A DNA stretch of 64,000 nt, taken from assembly GCF_001194135.2 (NCBI RefSeq), contig NC_068982.1:130266321-130330320 (forward strand), written 5' to 3'. Source of the stretch: Octopus bimaculoides. Its lineage: Eukaryota. Shown one piece after another: positions 1-13,833 of the stretch. Position 1 is the stretch's first letter. Every line of letters begins with the position of its first letter. The position numbers and the translations under genes were made by a program. The notes under the pieces were generated by a model. The model had not been told where the DNA came from and ran no database searches. It worked only from the letters and a program-made list of their open reading frames with translations.

Positions 1-31
<31 letters not shown>

Positions 32-531
32 TATGTAACCAAAAGAAAAAGATTTTATTGACAGTAACTATGCCAGTATTTTAGTACCTATTGTTTATGC
101 CTTATTTTCAATTTGAGCACATTGTCAGATGTGGGTAAGATTTTATTAAAGGAAAATAAAAACAAGAGTTGGTGTAAGTAAGGTAGGGGGTGGAATTGTT
201 TAATTAAAACATAATACATCTTCAACATCTCCATTTTGTGTTTTATTGATGAGACAATCTGTAAACTGTTGATTTAGATGGTGTCTTTCTAAGTATCTCT
301 AAATTTATCACAGTTGTGGTAATATATCAGCCACTTAGGTTTCTCTGTATTGGTGATAGCAGCTGATGAGAGTAGCTTCGGTGTTTCTCCAATAATACAA
401 TATATTTAACCAGCACATCTCATGAACATTACTAACTGAAACATCTTGAAAGAGTGTGGCAACTTCAATCTTTGAAGACCTTCTTTTGAAACAGTAAAGC
501 AAAAAAGAAAAAGCAAATCTACAAACATCCG

Positions 532-564
<33 letters not shown>

Positions 565-771
565 ATATGTATGAATAGATATATGTTATCATGTAAAGTC
601 GTGTTTAACACACACACATACGTATACACACATATAAATTCAAAAAATAATCAATGATTCTTATAGGCATTTTTAAAATTGTTGCCTTATTTAATCTCAA
701 CTCAAGTTTCATGTTACTTTTCTTGTTGGTGTGGTTATTGAAAGATACATCTTTTGTTGTTGCTTCCCATC

Positions 772-821
<50 letters not shown>

Positions 822-1449
822 CATACATATAGATGCGATTTTTGCTGTTGTCTTTTTGGCTCTGGTACTATGTCCTATCATTCTCATTATTTCTATCATC
901 ACCATCATCATTGTCTTTATAATCNNNNNNNNNNNNNNNNNNNNNNNNNNNNNNNNNNNNNNNNNNNNNNNNNNNNNNNNNNNNNNNNNNNNNNNNNNNN
1001 NNNNNNNNNNNNNNNNNNNNNNNNNNNNNNNNNNNNNNNNNNNNNNNNNNNNNNNNNNNNNNNNNNNNNNNNNNNNNNNNNNNNNNNNNNNNNNNNNNNN
1101 NNNNNNNNNNNNNNNNNNNNNNNNNNNNNNNNNNNNNNNNNNNNNNNNNNNNNNNNNNNNNNNNNNNNNNNNNNNNNNNNNNNNNNNNNNNNNNNNNNNN
1201 NNNNNNNNNNNNNNNNNNNNNNNNNNNNNNNNNNNNNNNNNNNNNNNNNNNNNNNNNNNNNNNNNNNNNNNNNNNNNNNNNNNNNNNNNNNNNNNNNNNN
1301 NNNNNNNNNNNNNNNNNNNNNNNNNNNNNNNNNNNNNNNNNNNNNNNNNNNNNNNNNNNNNNNNNNNNNNNNNNNNNNNNNNNNNNNNNNNNNNNNNNNN
1401 NNNNNNNNNNNNNNNNNNNNNATTATTATTATTATTAATATTATTATTA

Positions 1450-1496
<47 letters not shown>

Positions 1497-1767
1497 GCTA
1501 TTATTATCTTTCATTTTCAAATTGAGACATTCTAAGTAAAAGTGTTATTAATGATGATGGCAATATTTGCTATATATATATAACAAGATTTAAGATTTGT
1601 AGGAATTTTTTTTTCCTTTAAAAGTTGTTCTGAAAAGAAAAAGTTTTTTGTGTTTTTGTTTTAGAGTAAAAATCTCTAAATGTTTGGTGTGTGTTCATGC
1701 TATGGAAGATCTGTCTGCTATCATCTGAAATGATCAACACGTCTGTTCATTAGGTGAGTCCTATTAT

Positions 1768-1773
1768 TTTATT
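1768..1773 (-). promoter_or_regulatory. Possible polyadenylation signal AATAAA of the multiplexin mRNA
   Basis: First AATAAA I found on the minus strand, about 150 nt past the stop. The hexamer is common in AT-rich DNA. Confidence 0.3.
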
Positions 1774-1922
1774 AATATTGTATTATTTTTTTACTGTGTT
1801 TTTCTTTTTTTTAGGTATAAGATATTGAGAGCAATTCACTCATTTGTCTATATTTCAAATAGGATGAGTGAATCGAAGAAGAGATTTGTCTTGTGTTGTT
1901 GTGTGTAGCTTGTTTTGCCAGC

Positions 1923-2130
1923 TCAATAGTGTTTCATAGTGGCAATTTGTATGCATAGGACAATGAAATTGTTGTTGCAATGAAACTCTTCATATCCCAG
2001 AAACTGATGAGCCATTAGGGATGATGCAACACCAACATTATTTCTTCCCGATGAACGCCAGTTGGAACAGAATCTGTCTCTCTTTCGCTCACCTTTTGTT
2101 GAAGAACCATGCCATACAAATTTCTGTGGC
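1923..2130 (-). CDS. Mp: Endostatin domain terminal exon: (W)PQKFVWHGS...FCSNWRS...CNNNFIVLCIQIATMKHY*
   Basis: Acceptor ttctctatag, phase 2. Motifs WPQKxVWHGS, C-x-x-W-R, IVLCI. TGA at 1925-1923. All four endostatin cysteines are present across the three exons. Confidence 0.96.
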
Positions 2131-2482
2131 CTATAGAGAAATAGAAGATACAAAACTTAACAAAAGTAAAACTTATGAGCATTGACGAAATAAAGTAATA
2201 TCAAATAGGTATCAATAAATGAAAAGACTTCACCAGCAAATAAAGCAAATATCTAAATTGATAGAATTATACACCTCATGATAAGCAGAAAGTAGATAAA
2301 TGTAGAACATTACAAAACAGTCTATCAAAGCTTACAAGCTCTTCCTCAGACAGATTGTAATCAAATTTTTACTTGTATCAGAAAATGTAATGCATTTATC
2401 AATCTAGAAGTCAAATGAAACTAATCGATATTTTTAAAACTTGTGTACAAAAGTTAACTAGTGTAGCAAATGGGTCACTTAC

Positions 2483-2598
2483 CATCTAGAGCTAGTCATT
2501 ACGTTGGTACCATCAAATGAATAGAGTGGAACAGAGCTGTTGAAATAACCTCCATCTCCAGTGATTAAGTGCTCCCATGAATCCACAAGAATTTCACC
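2483..2598 (-). CDS. Mp: Endostatin domain exon 2: GEILVDSWEHLITGDGGYFNSSVPLYSFDGTNVMTSSR(W)
   Basis: 116 nt, phase 0/2. Acceptor ttttgaag, donor gtaagt. Motifs S-W and Y-S-F-D-G. Confidence 0.95.
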
Positions 2599-3348
2599 CT
2601 TCAAAACATAAATTAATTTAAATGTAAGCAAGTATATAGACAAACATTTAAAAATTATTTTACTTTTTTTGTGATTTGATACAAAGAATGGTGGGTAAAA
2701 TTTACAATAAATCCCATAATGGACATTATAAATAAATATCATCAAACATAATGCAATGTAAAAAGTCTGTCTCTGATGACAGAAAGAAAAATGTTCAATT
2801 GCTGTTTTTCCAGTACTGCAGAAAACTACTCCTTTGTTACAATTTATAGACATAATCACTGAGGTTAATACTACTTCCTTTTAGTAAAAAGAGGCACATG
2901 TCATTCATTTTCTTGAAAAAACACATCCTAAGAATTGGCAAAAAAAATAACACAAACATTTCATTTTGACTGAGTTCATCTGACCAAATTGCTATGTATT
3001 TAGATTTGTTCTATTTTAGATGGTAATCTCTGACTTAAGGTGTCTTTTCAGATACCTATGTCAGAATGTGTCCTTGCAAATGGAATGCCTAATCTGTAAG
3101 CTTTCAAAAAACAGTCAAACAACTTTTAGTTCATTACAATTCATTGGTGTAATTCCTGATCATATCCAATAGGCATCTATAAAAGCAGGCAATCCATTTG
3201 CTGTGCATCAATTTATGTTTATTAATAACCAAGAAAATATGAATGCTTAACAACTGAAATGAAAGAAATCATATAATGAAGTCCATTTTAAAAATTCTAA
3301 AAGAAATTTATTTTGTACTTAGGAAGAAGAAAATATTTGAAATTTTAC

Positions 3349-3546
3349 CTTTGAATTCACAATTGGATAATTACGCTCTTTTTTATCATAGATTAATGTT
3401 TTCAAATCTTGAATTTGATTTGATAAGAAACCACGGAATGTTGCTTTAAAAGATGCTCTCCGTGCTTGTTGATGACAAAATAAATCAATTGTATTTACTC
3501 CATTCATTTTTCCTGTGAGTGGTTTGTTCAATGCTATCAACTTGAG
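3349..3546 (-). CDS. Mp: Endostatin domain exon 1: LKLIALNKPLTGKMNGVNTIDLFCHQQARRASFKATFRGFLSNQIQDLKTLIYDKKERNYPIVNSK
   Basis: 198 nt. Acceptor ccttacag, donor gtaaaa. Endostatin motifs L-x-L-x-A-L-N, C-x-Q-Q-A-R, T-F-R-x-F-L-S, P-I-V-N. Confidence 0.96.
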
Positions 3547-4089
3547 CTGTAAGGAAAATGAAATCACATTAAATTTACTGTGCTGTATATTCAGAAATGC
3601 TTGTAATCAAGGCTAATTTCCCATAATGGTTTGATTATATTTAGATGATGAACTTACAAGAATTTCACATATAAGAGGCATTGTAGCAAAGATTTATGTT
3701 TACCGCATTAGAAGAGTAAAGCTAGTATATATTTAGATGAGAGGTTTCCAACATGGAGTGTTCCTTGGTGGCACAAACTGGCATTTCAGTAGTTGCAACA
3801 AAGTCTAAAACTATTAAATTACTCTAAAAAATAACTTTGTTTCATTAAGTTCACCAGTAAGTTGATTTATGTGATATACGATATATCGCTTTGCAGTTAG
3901 GGGATTATGGAATACACCACCCCAGTAATGTATGTGGTTGAATAAAAAAAGAAACTTAAATTAGTTATTTAAAAATTGGCATTTTCATCTTCAAATGTGA
4001 AATTATTTTAGAAGTGGGTTGCACAAATTATGCAAATGTTTCATAAGAATGCTGAGCATAGAAAAGTTTGGGTAAAAGTTGATTTAGAT

Positions 4090-4310
4090 AATGATTTCTA
4101 ATTTAGGTACAAAGCCAGTAATTTTGAAGGGAGGGGATTAGTTGATTACATGAACCTTAGTACTTAGTAGATTCTTTATTTTATGCATCCCAAAGGGATG
4201 AAAAGCAAAGTTGCATTTGGTAGAATTTGAACACAGAACAGAAAGTGCTGAAAGAAATACTACAAAGCATTTTGTGTGATGGTCTAATGGTTCTTGTAAT
4301 GCATCACCCA
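4090..4310 (-). mobile_element. SINE family B, degenerate, minus strand
   Basis: gggatgaaaagcaaagttgcatttggtagaatttgaac core as in 37905-38128. Confidence 0.65.
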
Positions 4311-5074
4311 TTGATTTAAGTAATATATGAAATGTTGCTTTGCAACCAGGAATTTATGCAGACCACCTCCCATAGAGTTGTGAGCCCTGTCGAAGATGTC
4401 TCTAAATTTGAAATTGAAATTTATGCTTTTTGAAAAAGAATCTGTCTAAAAGGAGAAAGGAGTGGTTATAGTTAGATATACCCTATATTTCTAAAATTTT
4501 TTTAACATACTTTGTGCATAGTATGTTGTTTTTCTAATAAACAATCTTAGATATTATTTCCTACTGATGATATCTTTTAAATTATCAAATCAACGTAGTT
4601 ATTTAAATACATGTTTTTCTGAGGACATCTAATTGCATTGAGCATGCTTTCTTACAGATAACTCAGAGAATATGTTACAAAAGTTTACCTTAGCAAATAT
4701 TTGACAGGTGTATTCACCTTCATCATCATCATCGTTTAACATTCACTTTCCATGCTAGCATAGGTGGGACGTATTAGTACATACAATTGCTATTAAATAT
4801 TAAATGTCTATAATCATTAAAAAGACAACTGGAATATTTGACAAGCATGTCTTTGAGAAAATGTCTGATTCTGAGGAAATATAACCATGACCTATGATTA
4901 AAAGCATCAACAAGTGGTCAACTTCTAAACTATAGGAGGTAATTTTGCATTGATTTTGTAAGATTTTTGTGGGCAATAAAGAACTGGTTTAGAGAGTATT
5001 GTAGAAACTCTTTCAGGGATGTCCCAAGGAAATTTTGAAACTCAGAAGCAGTAGTATATTAAGATATTACTTAC

Positions 5075-5149
5075 TACTTTTCGGTTTCGCTGATATTTTT
5101 CCTTATCAAGATTTGGTGGAAGTACATGTATTTCAGGTGGTTTAGGTGT
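5075..5149 (-). CDS. Mp: Multiplexin hinge exon 16: TPKPPEIHVLPPNLDKEKYQRNRKV
   Basis: 75 nt, phase 0/0. Acceptor ttgtctccttttttag, donor gtaagt. Pro-rich and joins the endostatin exon in frame. Confidence 0.85.
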
Positions 5150-5382
5150 CTAAAAAAGGAGACAAAGTAAATAATCAGCTAGGGTTTGAAATACCACATA
5201 CCAAAAAGCATAAAAATTGCAAGATAGAATAATTTCTATACTACAAGACATACATGCATTGAATATAGTATAAATATAGTATAATATAAATATAGCATAA
5301 AACATATTAAGTGATAATATAATATTACATAATAATTAATATCTATCAATTAATGTAAGTCCAAGTACAATACTAATACTAA

Positions 5383-5421
<39 letters not shown>

Positions 5422-5701
5422 ATATGTATATACATATCATATATAAATAGATGTATTTGTGTGTACATACATGTATATATATATGTATATCTATATACAT
5501 TTATCAATATGCATGCAAATTACATTGTCATATATTTTAGATCAACATATTCCACCATATGGTTAAATAACAGTATAATGCATTGCAAAATTATAAAATT
5601 GTACAGAGATTGTAGAAGTAATAGAATATAATTTGTTATAAATAGCAACATATACATACATACATACATACATACATACATACATACACATATGTGTGTG
5701 C

Positions 5702-5745
<44 letters not shown>

Positions 5746-7271
5746 NNNNNNNNNNNNNNNNNNNNNNNNNNNNNNNNNNNNNNNNNNNNNNNNNNNNNNN
5801 NNNNNNNNNNNNNNNNNNNNNNNNNNNNNNNNNNNNNNNNNNNNNNNNNNNNNNNNNNNNNNNNNNNNNNNNNNNNNNNNNNNNNNNNNNNNNNNNNNNN
5901 NNNNNNNNNNNNNNNNNNNNNNNNNNNNNNNNNNNNNNNNNNNNNNNNNNNNNNNNNNNNNNNNNNNNNNNNNNNNNNNNNNNNNNNNNNNNNNNNNNNN
6001 NNNNNNNNNNNNNNNNNNNNNNNNNNNNNNNNNNNNNNNNNNNNNNNNNNNNNNNNNNNNNNNNNNNNNNNNNNNNNNNNNNNNNNNNNNNNNNNNNNNN
6101 NNNNNNNNNNNNNNNNNNNNNNNNNNNNNNNNNNNNNNNNNNNNNNNNNNNNNNNNNNNNNNNNNNNNNNNNNNNNNNNNNNNNNNNNNNNNNNNNNNNN
6201 NNNNNNNNNNNNNNNNNNNNNNNNNNNNNNNNNNNNNNNNNNNNNNNNNNNNNNNNNNNNNNNNNNNNNNNNNNNNNNNNNNNNNNNNNNNNNNNNNNNN
6301 NNNNNNNNNNNNNNNNNNNNNNNNNNNNNNNNNNNNNNNNNNNNNNNNNNNNNNNNNNNNNNNNNNNNNNNNNNNNNNNNNNNNNNNNNNNNNNNNNNNN
6401 NNNNNNNNNNNNNNNNNNNNNNNNNNNNTATATTATATATAGATATAAATTTCATCAATGACATTACTTATCAACAGAAGCAGAATTGGTGTGCTGTAAA
6501 AATAACATTCCAGTCAGTGAACAAAACAATGTTTCCAACAACTCTTTGATCAAAGCACATTCCAAAAAATTCTACAAGGCTCATATTGTGTGTAGATTTG
6601 TGGTTTTCCTTGACCACTCCATGACATTGTTTTATTTTTATGTTCAATTTATATATATCATCATCATCATCATCATAATCATCATCATCCTAATCATCAT
6701 CATCATTTAACATCCATTTTCCATGCCTATATAATACATGTATGCATACATATAAAATATATAGTTATCTAAGAATTCACAAGTCAGAAAAAATAGGCAT
6801 CTGTATATTTGTCAATAGAGAGGGTATGTTTATCAAAGTGTAACATATCATAGATCTGTTACAGCTGACCTTACCAACTGGGTTCACATCTAATATTAAA
6901 TAACAACATGATTATCAAATAATTGCATTCATCAGGGATGGAAAGCATGAAATATATAATGATGACAAAACTCTATTGTCAAAGGGAAGGAAATGTCCTA
7001 TCTGCTTTGAGAGTGCTGTGCAAAACATGAAGCAAAGTTGTAAGCAAGAGACACAACTCTTGAAGAAACACTCTTAATTGTATCCTGTCTTTGTTTAACC
7101 TACTTCAGAGCAACCACAAAACTGGATATGACACTTCCACATCTGCAATAACAGATAGCAGTCACAATTTTCTTCCGTACCTGCCTACCTACCATCTCTG
7201 ATGAGCACAGTTATTACATAACCACAGTTGCATGACTGAAATGAGTAAAAGAGTATATACTATATATATTT

Positions 7272-7322
<51 letters not shown>

Positions 7323-7337
7323 GTCTGTCTGTCTGTA

Positions 7338-7376
<39 letters not shown>

Positions 7377-7622
7377 ATGAATATTATCCATATATTTATA
7401 AATATATNNNNNNNNNNNNNNNNNNNNNNNNNNNNNNNNNNNNNNNNNNNNNNNNNNNNNNNNNNNNNNNNNNNNNNNNNNNNNNNNNNNNNNNNNNNNN
7501 NNNNNNNNNNNNNNNNNNNNNNNNNNNNNNNNNNNNNNNNNNNNNNNNNNNNNNNNNNNNNNNNNNNNNNNNNNNNNNNNNNNNNNNNNNNNNNNNNNNN
7601 NNNNNNNNNNNNNNNNNNNNNN

Positions 7623-7667
<45 letters not shown>

Positions 7668-7829
7668 TAGGCTTATATATACATACATACACACATATAT
7701 GTATATATGTACTCATACATATTATATATGTGTATGTGTGGGTATGTGTATATACACATATATAAATATAAGAAAAAAATATATATTGCTATACATCTAA
7801 ACATCACACTGTCAGTTTAGGTGCCACTT

Positions 7830-8110
7830 GAAAGCATCCAGTCCACACTGCAAAGTGGTTGGTGGTTGGTGTTTGGAAGGGCATCCAGCTGTAAAAACCT
7901 TATCAAAACTGACCTCTCCTTTGCTTGAACTACATAAAAAACACTAAGTCCACTCTGCTTAGTGGTTGGTGTTAGGAAGTGCATCCAGCTCTATAAATCC
8001 TGCCAAAACAGTTACAAAAGTCTGGTGCAGGCTTCTGCTTAGCCGGATCTTGTGAAACTGTCCCACCCATGCCAGCATGGAAGCTGGACATAAAACAATG
8101 ATGATGATGA
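7830..8110 (+). mobile_element. Two tandem RTE-LINE 3'-tail fragments
   Basis: agtggttgg..ggaagggcatccagct occurs twice. The second runs to ccatgccagcatggaa..(GAT)n. Confidence 0.75.
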
Positions 8111-8337
8111 ACCTAGATTAGATATGTGGTATATAATTATCTATCTATATCTCTAGCTATCAATATGTATATATATATATATATATATATGCAGTAAATT
8201 TACATATCTATGTATAAATACATATAAATACACATATATATTTCATATATATATATACACATACTAAATATGATAAAACAGATAAATATACATATTTGTG
8301 CTTATATATATAGATGTGTTATCTTGAGATATTCAGT

Positions 8338-8426
<89 letters not shown>

Positions 8427-9832
8427 CACACACACATACTTACATACACATATATTGCACACAATTTTATATGCATCAACATACGTTTTGATATATTATT
8501 ATAATACATCAAAATATATTAGGTAATTGCGTATATTGAAGCTATAAATGTATGCATCTATGATATATATGTATGCATGCATATGTAAAATACGTAATCA
8601 TATATTATTGTCTATCATTATACAGATATTGCACGTATACATTATAATAAAAATAAACTTATTTGTATATAAATGAAAGATTATCAATTATATTTTAAAA
8701 AATCTTTAAAAGCATCAGATTGACACTTATATACAACTGAAAGGCTTTCTTAAATTAAAAATTATTAATTATTTCAAAAAATCTATAATAAAAAAGCAGA
8801 TTGACAAAGACCATATGATGAACAATACCATATTTCAAGTTTCATTTGAAGTGCTTTTTGCAGTTTTCATTTTAAGTTTCATTTTAAAAGCTTTTTTCTT
8901 TTTTCAGTGTTTCAAATCCATTTACAGATTACCTTCTAACAAGTGTATTTAAAAAGTTGAAAATGGAAAAACTTCCTTCCATAAAGTCTGTGTCAATTTG
9001 TAGTTTTGAAGAGTTTTTTTCATATAATGAATAATTTTCCGTTTAAGAAAATCTTTTTCAAATACAGTGACAGATCAAGATTTTTTCTAAAAACTGTTAT
9101 TTATATATATATACACACACAGACATTATATTAAAGAGATATAAAATAATATATATACAACATGCATATATATATAAAGGTAAAGAATGATATATGTGTG
9201 TGAGTATATATATATAAATTTATATATATATATATATATATATATNNNNNNNNNNNNNNNNNNNNNNNNNNNNNNNNNNNNNNNNNNNNNNNNNNNNNNN
9301 NNNNNNNNNNNNNNNNNNNNNNNNNNNNNNNNNNNNNNNNNNNNNNNNNNNNNNNNNNNNNNNNNNNNNNNNNNNNNNNNNNNNNNNNNNNNNNNNNNNN
9401 NNNNNNNNNNNNNNNNNNNNNNNNNNNNNNNNNNNNNNNNNNNNNNNNNNNNNNNNNNNNNNNNNNNNNNNNNNNNNNNNNNNNNNNNNNNNNNNNNNNN
9501 NNNNNNNNNNNNNNNNNNNNNNNNNNNNNNNNNNNNNNNNNNNNNNNNNNNNNNNNNNNNNNNNNNNNNNNNNNNNNNNNNNNNNNNNNNNNNNNNNNNN
9601 NNNNNNNNNNNNNNNNNNNNNNNNNNNNNNNNNNNNNNNNNNNNNNNNNNNNNNNNNNNNNNNNNNNNNNNNNNNNNNNNNNNNNNNNNNNNNNNNNNNN
9701 NNNNNNNNNNNNNNNNNNNNNNNNNNNNNNNNNNNNNNNNNNNNNNNNNNNNNNNNNNNNNNNNNNNNNNNNNNNNNNNNNNNNNNNNNNNNNNNNNNNN
9801 NNNNNNNNNNNNNNNNNNNNNNNNNNNNNNNN

Positions 9833-9880
<48 letters not shown>

Positions 9881-10229
9881 CATACATACATTTATATATA
9901 TTTTTCACTGAAAATAAAGTAAATCTCAAATGCAGAATAGTTGTGAAAACAGCTTAAAAGATTGGGTAAATACCCTTAGAAGACACAAAAACATGGCCAG
10001 CAAACTGCTCTGTAGTGAGTTGCTGGCCTCCTTTTGTCCATCTTCAAAGGGTATTAATCCAATCTTCTACGCTGTTTTCACAGCTATACTGCATTTGAGA
10101 TTTATTTAAACTCTGAATTCTTCATCCAGGACTAGGTCCATAGTATCAAGAGAAATCTAATGCAAGCTGATAAGGAGGTAGTTATACAGATAAACACAGT
10201 TAGGCTTGACACATACATACATATATATA

Positions 10230-10289
<60 letters not shown>

Positions 10290-10290
10290 C

Positions 10291-11192
10291 AGGTGTGGGT
10301 GTGTGATAAGAAGCTTGCTTCCCAACCAAATGGTTGTGTGGGTTCACTCCCACTGAATGATACCTTGGGCAAGTGTCTTCTACTATAGTCTCGAGCTGAC
10401 CAAAGCCCTTGTGAGTGGATTTGGTAGAAGGAAACCAAAACAAGCCCATCGTATATATATATNNNNNNNNNNNNNNNNNNNNNNNNNNNNNNNNNNNNNN
10501 NNNNNNNNNNNNNNNNNNNNNNNNNNNNNNNNNNNNNNNNNNNNNNNNNNNNNNNNNNNNNNNNNNNNNNNNNNNNNNNNNNNNNNNNNNNNNNNNNNNN
10601 NNNNNNNNNNNNNNNNNNNNNNNNNNNNNNNNNNNNNNNNNNNNNNNNNNNNNNNNNNNNNNNNNNNNNNNNNNNNNNNNNNNNNNNNNNNNNNNNNNNN
10701 NNNNNNNNNNNNNNNNNNNNNNNNNNNNNNNNNNNNNNNNNNNNNNNNNNNNNNNNNNNNNNNNNNNNNNNNNNNNNNNNNNNNNNNNNNNNNNNNNNNN
10801 NNNNNNNNNNNNNNNNNNNNNNNNNNNNNNNNNNNNNNNNNNNNNNNNNNNNNNNNNNNNNNNNNNNNNNNNNNNNNNNNNNNNNNNNNNNNNNNNNNNN
10901 NNNNNNNNNNNNNNNNNNNNNNNNNNNNNNNNNNNNNNNNNNNNNNNNNNNNNNNNNNNNNNNNNNNNNNNNNNNNNNNNNNNNNNNNNNNNNNNNNNNN
11001 NNNNNNNNNNNNNNNNNNNNNNNNNNNNNNNNNNNNNNNNNNNNNNNNNNNNNNNNNNNNNNNNNNNNNNNNNNNNNNNNNNNNNNNNNNNNNNNNNNNN
11101 NNNNNNNNNNNNNNNNNNNNNNNNNNNNNNNNNNNNNNNNNNNNNNNNNNNNNNNNNNNNNNNNNNNNNNNNNNNNNNNNNNNNNNNNNNNN

Positions 11193-11227
<35 letters not shown>

Positions 11228-11575
11228 GTATATATGGATAGATAAATATAGATATATATGTGTATGTATATATTTTTATATGTACATATATATATGTACA
11301 TATATATAGATGTATACTTATATATATGTATATGTATGTATATATATGTGTGTGGGGAGTTTGACTGTTTCCCCACACCACCACCACCACCACTTAACAA
11401 CTGGTATTAGTGTGTCTACGTCACTGTAACCTAGCGGTTTGGCTAAGAAACTGATCAAATAAATACCAGGCTTTAAAAAAGAATAAATTAGTACTGGGGT
11501 CCTTTTACACTTGACTAAAAAAAAAATTCGAGGTGGTGTCCCAGCATGGCTGCAGTCTAATGACTGAAACAAGAA
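10291..11575 (+). mobile_element. Family A SINE with an expanded internal microsatellite spanning a gap
   Basis: 5' half 10291-10451 and 3' half about 11355-11575 match the two halves of 47285-47713. Confidence 0.8.
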
Positions 11576-12489
11576 AATTGTATATATGTATATATATATA
11601 TGTAAATTGGATATAGTGTGACATTTAGACATTAAATTAAAACCACATTAGAATTCTGTTTTCTTGTTGTCCACTTTTAAGTTTCACATCTTCCATAGTG
11701 TGTAAACAATTGCACTGCTGTTATTCAGTTACATTTATTCATATTTACAAGGTTATATATTCCTACCATCAGGATTTCTTTCCATGGAATGAAGACCATT
11801 CGCTGTCATTTACATATTTTTTTCTTCTAATCCATATTTTTATTGTTCATTGCAAAGAGCATGATGACTGGTGGCATGACATTCATACATAATGTAAAAC
11901 ATGCACATACAAAGTATTAGTTTTATCATTCTGATGAAGTTAATTAGCATCATTAAATATAAGCATTTTTACATGTATAAACATCGTTGAATGACACAGA
12001 TGATAGTTTCTTCATTACAAATTCAATACATACTGTAATTGTGTAACAATATTAACTTGATGCAATTATTTCAGAATATATATATATATACACACATGCA
12101 TGCATAGACATCTCTGATCAAAGAAAATGATATGCTTGAAAATTCTTATTTTAAAAGATATAAAAAATTTCACTGGAGAATTTGTGCTGTCTTGTAATAA
12201 ATGTAATTACTACAGTCATGTGGTATTCATTTTTGACACATGTTTTTCTATTTTTAGTCATACACTTCTACTTAGTTTTTGCACTTGTACATTTCGGTTT
12301 TTAAGATATGTGTGTAAACTTGGTTTGCATTTAGATTTGTTATTGTTTTTTTTTTTAAAGTTTCGGGGCAGTAAACATTTATCCTCTTACAAGAAGGGAA
12401 TAATTCAGTCACTTCACAATGAAGATCATATGTATTTGTGTGTGTGTGTTTGTATATATGTACACACACAAGCGTGTATGTGTGTGTGA

Positions 12490-12593
<104 letters not shown>

Positions 12594-13439
12594 AAGCATA
12601 TATAAGTGTATGTGTGTTTGAGTGTAAGTCAACTAACCAAAGAGAAGTGGAAGTTAATGGCTGATACCTTTTATTCAGAATTTCATTGGCATAAAAGGGT
12701 GTATCTAATCAATCAGATATCAACTCACTTGCCCACTAAAAAGATTTTTGCCTTTCTGTGCATGTTATACAGAGCTAGAGATATTCCACCAAATAATATA
12801 CAGAAGAACTCTACAGAGCTTACTACTAATAACTTCAAAAAAATAAATATCCATCTGCACTCCCTTAGGTTCAGAGACAGAGTAATTTTCACTTTCCTGA
12901 AATGATTTCTAATTGCTGCAACAGACGAGCATTTTCTTGGGTCAGATTTAGTTAAATGACTAGGAAAATAATGTTAAAGAAAACTAAAAAGTTAACTCCC
13001 TTTCTAGTGAAAATTAATCCCATTTATTTTTCACAGTCATTTATACCAGTGGTCTGCACAACTTTTACCACATGCATCAGCACATCCAATGGGATACAAG
13101 CTTAACAACAATCATTAATGTACAATCTTTCAGGCCTAGGTACATTCTTTTATGCCTATGAAATTCATGTGGATCATTAACTACCTACCTATGCATATAA
13201 CTGTATGTGTTTATGAAATGTTATGTGAATGAGTATGTAATTATGTTTCTTCAAATAATATGTAAATATCATAAAAGTAACTCTATATGTATGTATATAT
13301 TAAATGTAAAGCATATAAAAAATAAGATATTAGCAAATAAAATCAGTGAATACATGGTACGTCATATTCAATTTGAATGTGAATTGTGCATCACAAACAT
13401 ATTTGTGTCAAGCCAGGCCTAGCTTCAAACAGTTGTTCA

Positions 13440-13487
<48 letters not shown>

Positions 13488-13723
13488 ATATGATGCAGTT
13501 TTTGGTACATAGCATGTTTGCATTTATTTTGAAAATATGTGCATTTTTCACAATACATACATATATACATACATACACAAACACTTAGTGATATGAAAAT
13601 ACATTCAAAGTGTATGTGAAAACAATGATGACATATATATATTTTGATAAACATGTGTATTTATAAGTACACACATTCATCACACCTCTTTATATAATAT
13701 ACATTACATATAGTATGTATGCA

Positions 13724-13833
<110 letters not shown>

